DNA from: Candidatus Aminicenantes bacterium
Lineage (GTDB): Bacteria > Acidobacteriota > Aminicenantia > Aminicenantales > Aminicenantaceae
Assembly: GCA_011772495.1 (NCBI GenBank)
Contig: WVZL01000016.1
Span: 228,499-292,498, forward strand
Direction: 5' to 3'
Length of the DNA: 64,000 nucleotides
A program made the translations under genes and the position numbers. Shown piece after piece: positions 37,034 through 46,999 of this stretch. Below the pieces are notes generated by a model that saw only the letters and a program-made list of their open reading frames with translations, was not told where the DNA came from and searched no databases. Position 1 is the first letter of the stretch, and every line of letters begins with the position of its first letter.

Positions 37034-37885
37034 TTATTTTCTTAACTCAAAGATGACTATTTCTGACCAGACATAGGACAAAGGTAAATTTTCTAATAGG
37101 GCATCAAATATCACCATTAGTCCGAAGAGAATACGATGTTTCTCCCAGAATTTATAATCATAGAGCATTCCTCCTGTGCCAATTTTTCTTTGCAATGAAA
37201 AAGCACTTTGTTTAAAGATCTTTGTCCACTCCTTATGATTCTTAACCGAAATATGACGGATTCCTTCTTGTTTGAATTCAGCATGCTTATCTTCTATATT
37301 TCCAAATAATTCAGCATTTTTATAATTAGAAAGCTTCTTAAGTATAAACCTAGCAATTTTTATCAATACATTTTCCCTCTTATTCGGTGTTGAAATGATA
37401 ACTAATCCATCTTTCTTAAGGACTCGATAGATTTCTTTTATAGCCATCCTTGGTTGTTTAAGATGTTCTAACACTTCGGAGCATACTACTATATCAAAGG
37501 AATCATCTTCAAATCTCAAATTACAAGCATCCATCAACTCAAAATGGCAATCTTCTCTATGGAGAAATTTCTTTCTTGTATTGGCAAAGTCTATAGCAGG
37601 TTTATATTTATCCACTCCAATAACTTTAAGGTTATAATACTTCGGAACCGAATTTTTTAATTTAAAATCAAGATAACCATTACCGCAACCTATATCCAAG
37701 ATATTAAAGTCTTGTGTCTTTCTTTTTTTAATTTCTCTGCGGAAACAATTTATAGTTGAATCTATCCTCCGCCAAAGCATATACCTTTCAGCAAAAGAAA
37801 TAATTTTATCGGGATGTTCGGCATCCAGGCTCAATAAAACATAGATATTAGCTTTTCTAAAATCAAAATTCTCTTTCAGGTCCAT
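37034..37885 (-). CDS. Class I SAM-dependent methyltransferase
   Basis: It contains ILDIGCGNGYL, VIGVDK, FDIVVCSEVLEHL and DGLVIISTPN. Confidence 0.8.
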   Translation of the reverse strand: MDLKENFDFRKANIYVLLSLDAEHPDKIISFAERYMLWRRIDSTINCFRREIKKRKTQDFNILDIGCGNGYLDFKLKNSVPKYYNLKVIGVDKYKPAIDFANTRKKFLHREDCHFELMDACNLRFEDDSFDIVVCSEVLEHLKQPRMAIKEIYRVLKKDGLVIISTPNKRENVLIKIARFILKKLSNYKNAELFGNIEDKHAEFKQEGIRHISVKNHKEWTKIFKQSAFSLQRKIGTGGMLYDYKFWEKHRILFGLMVIFDALLENLPLSYVWSEIVIFELRK

Positions 37886-37893
37886 AATGGATC

Positions 37894-39207
37894 TTAAAAT
37901 ATCTTAGCTTCTTGAATGCTTTTATATAAATTCAATATGAAATTTTTATAAATTAATAGATCCTGGCTTTTTATGATAACTGTGTCGGTTAATCTGTTTC
38001 CACTGATTCTCAGGAAAGCCATAAGAATAATCCCAGCATAAATAAAATAAGAACATGTGGTCGCCAAGGCTGCGCCGCTAATTCCCATCCTGGGGATAAG
38101 CATTATATTTAAAAAAATGCAAACGATAATCGTCACCATTGCCGAATAAGTGGCAATCTGAGGCCTGCCAGTTCCACTCAAATACTGCTTAAGAGTCTTG
38201 GTAACGCTCAGGCTCGCTATTCCTGGTAAAAGAATCCACAGGGGTTGTACTGCTGGCAAGAACGGCTGGCCAAAGAAAAATTCAATCAAGGATTTGGCAA
38301 TAATAAACAATACGAGGGCAGCTAAAAATGTTAAAAAGACACTGTGCCTGCAAACAGCAGCCGTATCTTTATTTTTATCCTTAAGCAATGATGAAGAAAC
38401 TTTAGGTAATAAAGCCATACCTATAGCCATAGATATCAACCAAAGATTTTCTGCTATGAGAGAAACAGAATAAAAACCCAAAAATGTTGCGCCCAAAAAG
38501 AACTTCACTAAATAGGAGTCCAGGCGATTTATGAGATTAAAGAGGATCTCACCCAAATGCCCCTTCCATCCATAAATTAAAACATCTTTGATCAAATGGA
38601 GATTAAATCGCCCGCCTTTTTTTAGATAACCGGATAAAAGAACAAACGCTGTTATAGAGGCCACAACGTAAGCCGATAAATTGGCAATAATCAAGAATAA
38701 AATGTTGCGCCAAAATAAGCAAACTATAACTATAAATGCTGTTGTTGATACAACCCTGATAATATTGATTAAATTGTATTTTGGAATATCGTTCAAACCT
38801 AAGAAAATCCAGGATAGAAAAACAGTTAAAAGATTCAGAGGTATGAAAAAAAGCGCAACCTTAAGATAAAGAGGATTTACATTCTGCAAAAGAAAAAGTG
38901 AAATAAATTTAAAGAGGGCAAATACTAATGCTATTCCGACAATTCCCAAGAAAATCGCTAAAAAGATGAAGTTTATTACAAAATCCTCGAGACGGTATTT
39001 TTTTATTCCAAGGTGATATACACCGGCTACCGGTATAGAAGAGTGAACTAAATTAAAGCTTGTGGTCGCTATCATAAATACTAAAAAATATACTCCTTTA
39101 CCTTGAGGCCCTAAGGCCCTGGCTAAAACGATGCTGGTAATTAAAGAAAAAACTAATACTATTATCTGAGAAGTAAAATTTATGACCGAATGTTTTGTTA
39201 TATACAT
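37894..39207 (-). CDS. Wzx-type oligosaccharide flippase (MOP superfamily polysaccharide biosynthesis protein)
   Basis: It is 437 aa with about 12-14 TM segments, and its length and hydropathy pattern fit Wzx. Its position within the polysaccharide locus supports the call. Confidence 0.75.
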   Translation of the reverse strand: MYITKHSVINFTSQIIVLVFSLITSIVLARALGPQGKGVYFLVFMIATTSFNLVHSSIPVAGVYHLGIKKYRLEDFVINFIFLAIFLGIVGIALVFALFKFISLFLLQNVNPLYLKVALFFIPLNLLTVFLSWIFLGLNDIPKYNLINIIRVVSTTAFIVIVCLFWRNILFLIIANLSAYVVASITAFVLLSGYLKKGGRFNLHLIKDVLIYGWKGHLGEILFNLINRLDSYLVKFFLGATFLGFYSVSLIAENLWLISMAIGMALLPKVSSSLLKDKNKDTAAVCRHSVFLTFLAALVLFIIAKSLIEFFFGQPFLPAVQPLWILLPGIASLSVTKTLKQYLSGTGRPQIATYSAMVTIIVCIFLNIMLIPRMGISGAALATTCSYFIYAGIILMAFLRISGNRLTDTVIIKSQDLLIYKNFILNLYKSIQEAKIF

Positions 39208-39298
39208 CAGCAGAAATTATAAATTATTTAAGCCTCTTTATAGCTATCTTAATATTCAAGTATTTGCTTACTTTGCTCAATTCTATTAAGTACAACAT

Positions 39299-40474
39299 TT
39301 AACTCGAAAGAATATTCTTTTTAGTCAGCAATTCATCATACAAACTCGCTATTTTTTCGATCATGACCTCTTTACTAAAATTCAAAGCAATCTTCTTTCC
39401 AGCCTGTCCCATTCTTTCTCTTTTTTCTTTATCCTCTATGAGGATCTGAATATATTTTGCCAATTGTTCAGGATTTCTTGGAGGTACCAAAAAACCATTC
39501 TTCCCGTGCCTAATCAAATCAGGTATCCCCCCTGCATGACTGGCCACGATCGGCTTTCCTAAAGCCATGGCTTCAACTAAGACTCTTCCCATTCCTTCAT
39601 TAAGGGAAGGAAGGACAAAAATATCGTAAATAGAAATAATCTTATCTACATCATCCCTCCAGCCCAGAAAAACAACATTCTCCTTAATGCCCATCTCAAG
39701 AGCTTTCCTTTCTAAATTCTGTCTTAAATGACCATCCCCTGCGAACATAAAGAGCGCGGAAGGATATTTAGGGATTATATTTTTCACGGCTTCAATCAAA
39801 AATTCTTGTCCCTTAACAGGCGCCAGTCTGCCTACTGTGCCTACAATTAAAGCATTCTCTGGCAAGCCAAGCTCTTTTTTAAAACTTTGTTTTTCTGTAA
39901 AGGACAATTCCTTGAATCTATTTAAATCTACACCACTGTTGATAACGACAGCTTTCTCTTCAGGAGTCGTCTTGAATAATCTATAGTCGTCTTTCTCTCT
40001 ATCAGTAAGAGCCACGATTTTATCAGTTATACGTGAGGCAAGCTTTTCAAGAAAAATAAATATCTTTGTTTTGGCGGGTTTAAAATAACCGAAGAAGACA
40101 TGGCCATGGGGTGTGTGCACTATAATCGGAACTCCGGCAAGTTTAGCTGCCAATCTCCCCAACAATCCTGCTTTTGATGTATGAGTATGAACAATATCGA
40201 ATTTTTCCTTTCGTAAAAAATCATATATCTTAAATAAAGTTTTTAAATCTTTGATAATGCTAATATCTCTTACCAATTCAAAAATAAAAATATATTTAAT
40301 ATCATGCGCCTCGATTTCCTTTGTTCTGTCCTGCGGAGAGTCTTCGACTGGACCACTCATTAAAGTCACCTCGTAATTGTCTTTATTTAATCCTGTGATG
40401 GTGAGGAAGGTATTTTCAGCCGATCCTCCTTTATCCATACGAGTGATGATATGTAAGACTTTAATTTTTTGCAT
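39299..40474 (-). CDS. Glycosyltransferase family 4
   Basis: It begins KVLHIITRMDKGGSAENT and contains PSLNEGMGRVLVEAMALGKPIVASHAGGIPDLI, the E-x7-E motif. Confidence 0.85.
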   Translation of the reverse strand: MQKIKVLHIITRMDKGGSAENTFLTITGLNKDNYEVTLMSGPVEDSPQDRTKEIEAHDIKYIFIFELVRDISIIKDLKTLFKIYDFLRKEKFDIVHTHTSKAGLLGRLAAKLAGVPIIVHTPHGHVFFGYFKPAKTKIFIFLEKLASRITDKIVALTDREKDDYRLFKTTPEEKAVVINSGVDLNRFKELSFTEKQSFKKELGLPENALIVGTVGRLAPVKGQEFLIEAVKNIIPKYPSALFMFAGDGHLRQNLERKALEMGIKENVVFLGWRDDVDKIISIYDIFVLPSLNEGMGRVLVEAMALGKPIVASHAGGIPDLIRHGKNGFLVPPRNPEQLAKYIQILIEDKEKRERMGQAGKKIALNFSKEVMIEKIASLYDELLTKKNILSS

Positions 40475-41372
40475 TTTCTGCCAATACCTCGATTGATGGA
40501 GCTGCTGTCAGTCGGCCACGAGTTAAAAAGGAAACCAATTGCGCCACAAGGTAGGCGAATACTTTAAAACTTCTCACTCCTTTTTTTACTCCATAAGGAT
40601 CTCCGGAAGTCGGACGAGAATTTTTAATCTTAATATTCTGAAATCCATTATGGCTCAATACCCTTTCCAGCGTCCTATTAGAAAAATTAAAGATATGAAA
40701 AATAGAACTTTGATAAGGCATCAGGTGGACAAGATGCAATTTCCTTAACACCTGCTGAATCCTATAGGTAAATAAATGAAAAGCTCCATTAGGTGTCCGC
40801 AAATAAAGAATACCGCCAGGTTTCAAAAATTTTTTTATTTTTAAAATGCCCTTTAAAGGATTATAAAGCTCACAAAGAACATTCCACAGAGTAATGACAT
40901 CAAAATAATCCTGGCTAAAATTAGATTCTTCAAAATCAGAACATTGGATATCAAGCCCATAGTCGTATATTCCCTTTTTAACGAGATTGGGATTGAGTTC
41001 AAGGCCATAGACCTCCCAACCATCTTCTTTTGCTAAGGATAAAAAATAACCTCCGCCGCATCCTACATCTAGAAGCCGGGCATTTTTTCTTTTTATGTGC
41101 ACAATCTGATGGAGGAACCTCTTGTACAATTTTTTCCGGCTATAAGCCACTCTAGAAGATGGATCAACATCAGAATAATGCTTTTGAACCTCATTCAAAT
41201 ATCTTTCTTTGCTGACCTGCGGGAATTGATAGATGAGAGCACAATCCCTGCATTTGACGACTGCTCCTTCCCATCTGTTAAACAAGGCGGTAATATTACT
41301 CGAATCACATAAGAGGCACTTCTTCCTTGGTGAATGCTCTTGATAATTGGAATCTTTGACCGAATTTAACAT
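40461..41372 (-). CDS. Class I SAM methyltransferase with an N-terminal CxxC...CxxC zinc ribbon
   Basis: It contains CLLCDSS...CRDCALIY, LLDVGCGGGYF, FDVITLWNVLCELYNP and GGILYLRTPN. It overlaps both flanking genes, by 14 nt and 7 nt. Confidence 0.8.
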   Translation of the reverse strand: MLNSVKDSNYQEHSPRKKCLLCDSSNITALFNRWEGAVVKCRDCALIYQFPQVSKERYLNEVQKHYSDVDPSSRVAYSRKKLYKRFLHQIVHIKRKNARLLDVGCGGGYFLSLAKEDGWEVYGLELNPNLVKKGIYDYGLDIQCSDFEESNFSQDYFDVITLWNVLCELYNPLKGILKIKKFLKPGGILYLRTPNGAFHLFTYRIQQVLRKLHLVHLMPYQSSIFHIFNFSNRTLERVLSHNGFQNIKIKNSRPTSGDPYGVKKGVRSFKVFAYLVAQLVSFLTRGRLTAAPSIEVLAENAKN

Positions 41373-42421
41373 TTTTTTAATATACTATTTACTACCTCTA
41401 TAACCTCTTCTACAGATATCAATTCGAGACAATCTAATCCTTTGCAATCAACCTTCGCCCCTTTGTAACAGGGACTGCAATCCAATTCTTTCCTGATGAT
41501 AACTGCAGAATCTGAGTAGGGTCCTGTTCTTTTATGATTCGTTGGCCCATAAATACCAACAGTTGAGGGATTTACAGCACAGGCCACATGCAAAAGTCCG
41601 CTATCATTGCTGATGAAGAGGCTGCATTTTTCTATCAAAGCTGCAGTCTGGGCTAAAGTTGTCTTCCCGGTCATGACCAGGGGATCTGTCTTCATTAAAC
41701 CTTTTATCTCCTTAGCTAGATGAATTTCTTCAGGTCCTCCAAATATAATTATTGAAGCCTTATGATCATTAGCAAGCCGATCAGCCAATCGGGCAAATCT
41801 CTCTTTAGGCCATCTTTTAAACTCGGCCTGATGCATTCCTGATCCTGGATGCATCCCAATGACCAAACTTTCATTTAAATTATGACCAGCGAAAATTTTC
41901 TTAGCAAAAGCTTTATCCTCCGACGATTTATGAACATATAAGCTCTTATCTTTAGCTTCTATACCCAATTTCTGAATCAAATTTATATTGCTTTCAACTT
42001 CATGGCGATTTTCATCCCAAGCAATTTTTTGATTATAGAAATAACCTTTTCCTTTAATGCTCTCCCCGAGTCTATATTTAATCCCAGCAAGATAACAGAG
42101 AAGACCGCTTTTCAGTGGATTTGTGCCTGTTGAAGTGATGCTCAGACTAAATTTTTCCCTTTTTAGCTCCTGAATAAGTTTTATCTTCCCTGCGAAGCCT
42201 TTATGCTTTTTATGATCTACAATTATCTTTTTGTCTATTAAGTCACTTCCTTCTATTACCTCTTCAGCTCCATAAGGACCCAATAAAAAGCTAATCATTG
42301 AGGATGGGAAGGCTTTTCGTAAGGCTTTTAGGGCTGGAGTCAAAAAAATCATATTGCCGATTCCACCCATCATAATGATCAACACTCTATCTATTTTAGA
42401 TGAATCAATGTCAGTCATCAT
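41366..42421 (-). CDS. Glycosyltransferase family 9 (heptosyltransferase-like)
   Basis: It contains RVLIIMMGGIGNMIFLTPALKALRKAFP and FISNDSGLLHVACAVNPSTVGIYGPT. It is a paralog of the gene at 31348-32499. Confidence 0.8.
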   Translation of the reverse strand: MMTDIDSSKIDRVLIIMMGGIGNMIFLTPALKALRKAFPSSMISFLLGPYGAEEVIEGSDLIDKKIIVDHKKHKGFAGKIKLIQELKREKFSLSITSTGTNPLKSGLLCYLAGIKYRLGESIKGKGYFYNQKIAWDENRHEVESNINLIQKLGIEAKDKSLYVHKSSEDKAFAKKIFAGHNLNESLVIGMHPGSGMHQAEFKRWPKERFARLADRLANDHKASIIIFGGPEEIHLAKEIKGLMKTDPLVMTGKTTLAQTAALIEKCSLFISNDSGLLHVACAVNPSTVGIYGPTNHKRTGPYSDSAVIIRKELDCSPCYKGAKVDCKGLDCLELISVEEVIEVVNSILKKC

Positions 42422-42560
42422 TTTGTCACTTTAGCCTTCTGAATGTATTCTCTAGAGTATCTAAAAGCCAGCCTTGATAGCCTTTTAATCATTTCCTGTT
42501 TCCTGGTTAAAGAGAAGAAAGATTTTCTGTATCTTTAGAAGTCTGACTATGTTTATCTTC

Positions 42561-43385
42561 TTAAGCTTTGACTGCATAGATCTTTATGGCCTCGCCAAAG
42601 TTCTTTCTAGTTATGGCATGAACAATAAAAGTCAAATAATCCAGTATTTTTTTGGGGAACGCTAATTGAGCCAAATCCATATCTATTTTAATTATGCGAA
42701 AACCTGTTTCTTTCAGCATCGAAGCTAAAGTATGGATAGAGAAATGATACAAATGTAATTCCTTTGCTCTATCAGAAAACAGTTTTAGTTTTTTCCCCTT
42801 TGCCAGAAAATACAAGACTCTGGTTATAAAATTGTTCAGATTTGGTGTAGCTATTACTAATAATCCCTCCCTCTTCAATATTCTATTGATTTCCTTTAAG
42901 GCTGCCTTAGGATTCGGTAAATGCTCCAAGGTATGCCACATCGTCAGCACATCAAAGCTTTCAGGGGGAAAATCCAATTCCTCTATATCGCCTCGAAGAA
43001 CATCTATTCTTAAATTTTCTTTCACGTATCTAGATGCATACTCGGAAATCTCTGTCCCGGAAATTCCAAATCCTTCTTCTTTGGCTAATTTTAAAAAAGT
43101 GCCTATCCCACAGCCTACATCTAACAGATGACCTTTATTCTTATATTGCGTTATTTCTTTTAATCTCTTCTTCCACATGGGAATCCGCTTTTCCATCTGT
43201 TTTTCCATCCATTCTCTGTAATACTCTTCTTGATAGTGCTCCTCTATCAATCCTCTTTCAGGCTGCGGATTGGTATACACAAGGCCGCAGTTCCTGCACT
43301 TAACCACTTTAAAGGGTTCCTCTGCTTCTTGAATAATCTGTGTTCTATTGAGACCACAGAGACTGCAATTCACATATTTTGGCAT
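42561..43385 (-). CDS. Class I SAM methyltransferase with an N-terminal CxxC...CxxC zinc ribbon
   Basis: It contains CSLCGLN...CRNCGLVYTNP, LLDVGCGIGTF, FDVLTMWHTLEHLPNP and GLLVIATPN. It is a paralog of the gene at 40461-41372. Confidence 0.8.
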   Translation of the reverse strand: MPKYVNCSLCGLNRTQIIQEAEEPFKVVKCRNCGLVYTNPQPERGLIEEHYQEEYYREWMEKQMEKRIPMWKKRLKEITQYKNKGHLLDVGCGIGTFLKLAKEEGFGISGTEISEYASRYVKENLRIDVLRGDIEELDFPPESFDVLTMWHTLEHLPNPKAALKEINRILKREGLLVIATPNLNNFITRVLYFLAKGKKLKLFSDRAKELHLYHFSIHTLASMLKETGFRIIKIDMDLAQLAFPKKILDYLTFIVHAITRKNFGEAIKIYAVKA

Positions 43386-43494
43386 ATAAGTTCCTTTTAA
43401 ACTTTTTCCTTTTTTCTGAGCGATAGTACTATTAAGATCTATCTATAAAAAGAATCAAAAGTGGCAATTAATATTGTTATTCTTGAATTCCACC

Positions 43495-44883
43495 CTAACC
43501 TTTCAATTCTGCTCTTAATCCTTCGCTTGTTTCTGATGCCTTTTCCGCAAATGCCGGAAGCACCATGATTATTCCCGCAATAAACCAGAAAGGCTCCATG
43601 ATGCGGATGATAATAAAAGTATTGGCCGTTAAAGCGTGTATTATTAAGCCCATAAAACCAGCAATAAAACCAAGGGATAATCCTTTAAAAAATTCATCAT
43701 CTAATTTTTTATAGACAACAAGAGAATGCTTGAAGATCGACCATAAAAGCCACAACAATGCTAGGAAGCCGATAATGCCTAGCTCAGGGAGAGTACGAAT
43801 ATACTGTCCATCTATAAACCTATACCCTGTGATTCCACGTCCTAGAAGGGGACTCTTCTTCCATTCTCGAAAGCTATCCTGCCAACTAAATAGTCTCGCC
43901 GAAGAAGACGCATCAAAATAGATATTGCCAATTTTGGCCAAGGCTTCATGTTTTTCCTGAAAGGTATATTCTACTCTAGAAAAAACCACTTCTGGCTTTA
44001 TAGATAAACCCAATATGATTATGGTCACTATCGCTGTAACTAATACCACTCTTCTTTTGCTAAGAATCGCGAAAGCAAGAAAGGAAAAGATAATGGCCAA
44101 GTATGATGCCCGAGACAGCGTATATAAGAATGGAAAGATAATCAAAACGCACAGCCCGGCCAGGATGTACTTTAACCTTTGGGGAACATTCTGCAGAAAG
44201 ATACCTATGGCTATGCATAATATAAGGAGTAGGTAGCCCCCAAAAGTATTGGGTTCTCCAATCTCTCCTTCAAAAGGAGCACTGACTCTCACGCCCGAAG
44301 GAATCTGAATTATTCCATATATTGAGACCAGAGCACAGGTTATGAAAAAAGCATTAATAAAGAATTTAATCTGTTTTCTGCTATGAATATGATTTACGAC
44401 TAAGATATAAAGCAAGAAATATTCAGTATATCTCAAGATATAAAATAGTCCTTTTGGAGCATCGACGTAGCCTAAGGCAGCACCTCTCAGAGTAGAAATG
44501 AGGCATACCAGTATATAAATACTTATGGCTTTATTGAGAGGTGTTCTAACGAATAAGGCTAAGCCTTTATTAATGGCTGTTTTTGCCAGCCAAGCAAAAG
44601 TAATAACTATCAGCAATAAGTCGTCAAACCGGACGATAATATCTCTTCCAGGAACCTGGCCTAATATAATTTCTGGAGAAAGGAGCATTGAGAAAATCAA
44701 GACTGCGAGTCCTACATCCGTGTTGACCAGAGTTATTATGAAGATGAGAGCACTCAAGATTAAGGCTAGGGTAATTTTATAAGAGAATCCGGTAACGATT
44801 TGACCCAAGAAGATACCGAGGATGAAGATTGCGGCAATGATTATGATAACTCGAAATCTAGGATCTTGCCAGTCAACAGCCAT
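43495..44883 (-). CDS. O-antigen ligase/polymerase family (Wzy_C-type) membrane protein
   Basis: It is a polytopic protein of 462 aa. The segment YTLSRASYLAIIFSFLAF sits before a large loop, which is typical of the O-antigen ligase-like domain. Confidence 0.7.
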   Translation of the reverse strand: MAVDWQDPRFRVIIIIAAIFILGIFLGQIVTGFSYKITLALILSALIFIITLVNTDVGLAVLIFSMLLSPEIILGQVPGRDIIVRFDDLLLIVITFAWLAKTAINKGLALFVRTPLNKAISIYILVCLISTLRGAALGYVDAPKGLFYILRYTEYFLLYILVVNHIHSRKQIKFFINAFFITCALVSIYGIIQIPSGVRVSAPFEGEIGEPNTFGGYLLLILCIAIGIFLQNVPQRLKYILAGLCVLIIFPFLYTLSRASYLAIIFSFLAFAILSKRRVVLVTAIVTIIILGLSIKPEVVFSRVEYTFQEKHEALAKIGNIYFDASSSARLFSWQDSFREWKKSPLLGRGITGYRFIDGQYIRTLPELGIIGFLALLWLLWSIFKHSLVVYKKLDDEFFKGLSLGFIAGFMGLIIHALTANTFIIIRIMEPFWFIAGIIMVLPAFAEKASETSEGLRAELKG

Positions 44884-45012
44884 CTTAATCCCTTTCTCTT
44901 GAAAAGACTATGAAGTTAGTTTTTTTTCTGGAAATGAATCGTGAACTTTTAAAATGGGAATCTGTTTTGATTCGATAGAATTTCAATGGACTGAGAAGAA
45001 ATGAGCCATGCC

Positions 45013-46983
45013 TTATTCTTTTTTCTCCCTTTTCTCTCCATAATATCCATAATAGCGGTATCTTTGATAAGGTGTAACATCTTCTATGAACTCAGCTCTA
45101 AGATTATTTATAACTACTCCCAAAATCTTGGCATCGACATTCTCTAATTGGACTCTAGCCCGGTTGAGAGCATGTCTTGAGGTTCTTCCAGCCTCATACA
45201 CTAGAATGACACCGTCGACTTTAGCTGCGAGAATGGCTGAATCCGTTACTGGGAGAATCGGAGGGCTATCAAATAGTATCACATCAAAATTCTGCTTCAA
45301 TTCTTCAATTAAGTCATCCATTTCGGGGAAACTCAGCAATTCGGCTGGATTGGGCGTTCTTTCCCCACAAGTAATTATCCGGAGATTTTCTATGCCTTGA
45401 GTCTTCAATATCTTTTCATACTCGAGTCCACCTATTAGCATATCAATTTCAGTCCTAACCGCATCCTTCCAAGACGTTTTTCCTATTAATACCTCTGTCA
45501 AGCCAGGGCTTCTCTTAAGTCCAAACAATTTATAAATCATCGGTTTTCTGAAATCAGAGCCGATAATTAGGACTTTCTGTCCGCTCTGAGCTAGCACAAC
45601 GCCTAGGTTCGCTAAGGTCTGGGTTTTTCCCTCTTGAGGGGAAGAGCTTGTAATAACCATACAGTTTCCAACTTTTTTCAAACCTGTTAAGTCTAAATGG
45701 GTGCGTAGGCTCTTGTAGGCCTCGGCAGTGACAGAGGTCGGTTCAAACAAGGCAATTAAGCGTTCATGAAACTGCTCTTTCTCTGAGATTGGCTTTTTTC
45801 TTCTAAAAAGATTCTTAAATATTGTTCTCCCTTTTTCCAAAGAGGTACTGGGAATAATAGCCAACACAGGGACTTTCGTTAATTCTTCGATATCATCAAC
45901 TCTTCCGATGGACGTGTCAAAGCTTTCGGTCACGAAGGCCATGATCAAGCCAAACAGCAGTCCACTCAAGATTCCTATCACAAAATTAAAACTTTTATTC
46001 GGACTTACAGGCACAGAAGGCAGGGAGGCTGGTTCCACGATCGTAACATCTCGAACCTTTTCTGCCTCCAGAATGCGCGCTTCTTCATATTTTGTCTTGA
46101 ACATCAAATAAACTTCTTCAGCGATAGTGACATTGCGATTCAGCTGGACAAGTTGCATTTCTTTGGCTGAAAGATCTCTCTGCTGTACTGATAATTGGGT
46201 TAAGGAATCAGATAAATCTTTATTTGCCTCTTCAATTTTTCTTTTAAGAGTTATAACCTCTGGATGTTCTTCAGTGTACTTGCTTTTTTTTGAGATCATC
46301 TCCAACTCTAATCTGACAATTTCTTCATTGAGGCTGGATATTCGAGGATCGTTTTGCACAAGTGAAACGTTTTTAATATCTCTTTCCACTACTAAAGGAT
46401 TTTCCCGTCGAAATCTCTGGAGTGCTCTTTCACTCCTTTGCAATTCTAATAAATAATTATCTAACTGGGCTTTAACAAATGTTTTTACGTTGGAGGCTTC
46501 CTTTTTCTTGTTCTCAAAATGACTTTCTACATAAACCTGGGCCACAGCATTAGCAAGAGTCATGGCTTTTTCTGGATTGTCTGAACCCGCAGTGATGGCA
46601 ACGATATTTGTATAGCCAACTTGTTCAGTCTCGATTTGGCTCTGAACTTTTTTCACCGCTGCCATACGATCAACAGGCCTCATGTCTGGGAATATGAGGT
46701 TCAATTCTTGTGCGACTTTTTCCATGACCTGGTAACTTTTTATAAGGTTGGCCTGAGACTCCATTTCATCTCCAGGAGACCAAGTCACTAACTCAGTCAA
46801 TATCTCGGCGACTGATTTTCTCTGCTCGATTTTCACTCTACAGGATGCTTGATAAAGAGGGATTTGCCTCAGGGTGAAATAGACAGTAGAAAGAAAAACT
46901 AAGAGAAAAGCCAAAATAATGATTCGCTTCCTTTTGCGAACCACTCGCATATAATCGGCCAGGTTCATCTCAATTCTTGGCAT
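45013..46983 (-). CDS. wzc: Polysaccharide co-polymerase / tyrosine autokinase (Wzc/GumC-type)
   Basis: It has an N-terminal Wzz-like TM segment and a coiled-coil periplasmic domain, then a second TM. Walker A is ITSSSPQEGKT, and DSPP is present. The C-terminal Tyr cluster is YQRYRYYGYYGEK. Confidence 0.85.
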   Translation of the reverse strand: MPRIEMNLADYMRVVRKRKRIIILAFLLVFLSTVYFTLRQIPLYQASCRVKIEQRKSVAEILTELVTWSPGDEMESQANLIKSYQVMEKVAQELNLIFPDMRPVDRMAAVKKVQSQIETEQVGYTNIVAITAGSDNPEKAMTLANAVAQVYVESHFENKKKEASNVKTFVKAQLDNYLLELQRSERALQRFRRENPLVVERDIKNVSLVQNDPRISSLNEEIVRLELEMISKKSKYTEEHPEVITLKRKIEEANKDLSDSLTQLSVQQRDLSAKEMQLVQLNRNVTIAEEVYLMFKTKYEEARILEAEKVRDVTIVEPASLPSVPVSPNKSFNFVIGILSGLLFGLIMAFVTESFDTSIGRVDDIEELTKVPVLAIIPSTSLEKGRTIFKNLFRRKKPISEKEQFHERLIALFEPTSVTAEAYKSLRTHLDLTGLKKVGNCMVITSSSPQEGKTQTLANLGVVLAQSGQKVLIIGSDFRKPMIYKLFGLKRSPGLTEVLIGKTSWKDAVRTEIDMLIGGLEYEKILKTQGIENLRIITCGERTPNPAELLSFPEMDDLIEELKQNFDVILFDSPPILPVTDSAILAAKVDGVILVYEAGRTSRHALNRARVQLENVDAKILGVVINNLRAEFIEDVTPYQRYRYYGYYGEKREKKE

Positions 46984-46999
46984 TTAATTCATCCTTTTA

